Shown here in pieces: positions 61,966 to 64,000 of a stretch of DNA of 64,000 nt. This DNA comes from an uncultured Nitrospinota bacterium (GTDB taxonomy: Bacteria; Tectomicrobia; Entotheonellia; J063; CAVPRW01): NCBI GenBank assembly GCA_963707985.1, contig CAVPRW010000026.1:18446-82445 (forward strand). The letters run 5' to 3'. A program made the position numbers and the translations under genes. The notes beneath the pieces were generated by a model. That model was not told where the DNA came from, did no database searches, and was given only the letters and a program-made list of their open reading frames with translations. Numbering within the stretch: the stretch's first letter is position 1; each line of letters opens with the position of its first letter.

Positions 61966-63555
61966 GTGCATTTGCAACATAGACGAGAATTTCTAAAATT
62001 CATGGGAAAATCTACTATTGGCCTGAGTTTGGCCGGCCCCATATTTGAAGATCTTGCCAAAGCCGCCACACCGTCGACCGCCACTTTGCCCTTCTCGCCT
62101 ATTTCCCCCAACCTCCAAGATGATTTGCTGCTGGCAAAGGGTTTTAAATATAAAATTTTACTTCGAGCCGGAGATCCGCTGACCACGAAGGGCGAAAAAT
62201 TTGGGTACAACAACGACTACAATCAATTTTTACCAATCCGTGAAAATCTCGCATGGATGTGGACCAATCACGAAAGTATAGAACCTTTGCTTTTTTCTAA
62301 CTGGCATGAAGGCGATGTTAAAACGATAGAAACCGTGAAAAAAGAGCAAGCCGCCGTGGGAGGAAGTCTCTATCGCATCTCACGTAAAGATAAAAATAGT
62401 TCTTGGGAATTGGCTAAAGATCGCAGCGGTAATCGCAGGTACGATGGCAATACAAAAATTCCTTTTTCAGGTGGTGTAAAAATAAAAGGAAGCGGATTTG
62501 CTAAGGGAACATTGGCCAACTGTGCTGGCGGCAAAACACCCCTGGGGGCACTTTCTCAGCTGCGAGGAAAATTACAACGATTTTTACCGGTGAGACGATC
62601 TACGATGCCCAAGGAAAAGAATCGCACGAGCCCGCCTGGCCCGGGCAATCCTGGGAAGGAAGCGAGGCTCGCCCTCCAGAACACTATGGGTGGGTGATCG
62701 AGATCAATCCCAACTCAGGTGCTGCAAAAAAATTAGTTGCTCTGGGTCGTTTTGCTCATGAATGCGCAACCATTCGCTTAAGTTCCGACAAACGCTGCGT
62801 CGTCTATATGGGAGACGATCACAACGATGAACACATATATAAATTTATAGCCAAATCCCCCGGCCAATTGGAGACGGGAGAACTTTTTTGTGCGCCAATA
62901 CCGTGACAGGAAAATGGCTTTCTCTGGATTGGCAAAAATCGCCAACTTTAAAAAAAGCATTTAAAGATCCGGTGGAATGTTTGATTCGTACGCGCGCCGC
63001 TGCCAAATTGGTCGGAGCTTCGCCAGAAGATCGCCCTGAAGACATTGAAATTGATCCCAATACGGGAGATGTCTTCATTTGTCTGACAAACAATATGTCC
63101 GCTGCACGCCCCTTCGGAAAAATTTTGAAAATTAAAGAAAAAAACAATAATCCTTTGTCATTAGAATTTAAAGCCGAAGTCTTTCAGACTGGTGGTGGCA
63201 AGTACGCCTGCCCGGATAATTTGACTTTTGATAAAAAAGGAAATCTTTGGGTCACCACCGACATAAAAGGTGAGTCCTTGGGAAAACCTTCCTATACACC
63301 CTTTGGCAATAATGGATTATTTTTTAAATTCCCATGTAAATTAATGCGGGAACGGCCATTCAGGTGGCATCGGCTCCTCATCAGGCAGAATTTACCGGCC
63401 CTTGTTTTTCAGATGACGGAAGAACTTTGTTTCTTTCGATTCAGCATCCGGGGGAAGGCACGGTTTCGTTACAAGATTTGACGAGCCATTGGCCCGACGG
63501 CGGAAAGACCATGCCTCAACCAGCTGTTGTAATGATCACCGGGCCCTTTCCTTAA
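61966..63555 (+). CDS. phoX: PhoX-family alkaline phosphatase (Tat-exported), several frameshifts
   Basis: RREFLK Tat motif, GYNND, WTNHE, GTLANCAGG.TP, LGRFAHE, YMGDD, RPED, CPDN, AEFTGP.FS.DG.TLF.SIQHPG, over several frames. Confidence 0.85.
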
Positions 63556-63563
63556 TAGGGTAA

Positions 63564-64000
63564 CTAATCGCGGAAATTAGGGGTTTTGGCGAGATCTCGC
63601 TGAATATCGACAAAATCTTCCGAAAGGTGGTGCCTGCTCTTTATCTGACTTGGCTTCAGGGGGATTGGGATGAACTTTAATAATAATTCCGTCGGCACCA
63701 ACTGCTTTAGCCGCGCGACAAAGTGGACGAATCCAGCGGCGCACACCGACGCCATGACTGGATCTATAATAATTGGCAAGTGCGTGCGCTCACGAATGAC
63801 TGGCACACAGGATAGATCGAGCGTGTTTCGTGTTGCAGTTTCAAAGGTACGGATGCCGCGTTCACAAAGCGTTACTTTGGGATTTCCAGAAGCTAAAATA
63901 TATTCTGCCGCCGACAAAAGCTCATCAATGCTGGCCGACATTCCTCGTTTCAAAAGAATGGGGTTTGAAACTTCGCCTAGCTTTAACAGTTCAAAATTTT
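63564..64000 (-). CDS. aroF: DAHP synthase (type I-beta) C-terminal part, frameshifted, cut by window edge
   Basis: LKRG.SA, AAEYI...[28 protein letters not shown]. Confidence 0.85.
   Translation of the reverse strand, partial: NFELLKLGEVSNPILLKRGMSASIDELLSAAEYILASGNPKVTLCERGIRTFETATRNTLDLSCVPVIRERTHLPIIIDPVMASVCAAGFVHFVARLKQLVPTELLLKFIPIPLKPSQIKSRHHLSEDFVDIQRDLAKTPNFRD

Overview
Positions 1 to about 61,480 are GC-rich bacterial DNA. The gene content (LLM oxidoreductases, amidohydrolase, family-5 SBP, adenylate-cyclase/AAA relics, DUF29, UPF0175) is reminiscent of soil Candidatus Tectomicrobia; this is an inference only. From left to right: oxidoreductases; a housekeeping block (ppdK, lysC, apgM-like, hom, SPOR, recO, era, aspS, comEC); a four-gene operon with two apparently exported caspase-fold proteases (TPR-CHAT, membrane protein, WD40-caspase, secreted protein); an IS3 remnant whose inferred substitutions are almost all A:T->C:G; a patchwork of gene fragments; ABC transporters and dehydrogenases; a cobalamin riboswitch; a patatin(relic)-S8 protease-MBL hydrolase module; and a CRISPR array (26 full 36-bp repeats plus one truncated repeat, spacers 18-54 nt) with cas2, a cas4-cas1 fusion, cas6 and an MNT gene. 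At about 61,480 the sequence switches mid-gene to AT-richer DNA (PhoX, DAHP synthase), most likely an assembly or contig junction, so the Cas effector genes are not visible. Single-base frameshifts in essential genes such as aspS suggest sequencing indel errors, so pseudogene calls resting only on frameshifts are uncertain. All family assignments come from motif recognition by eye; no searches were run.
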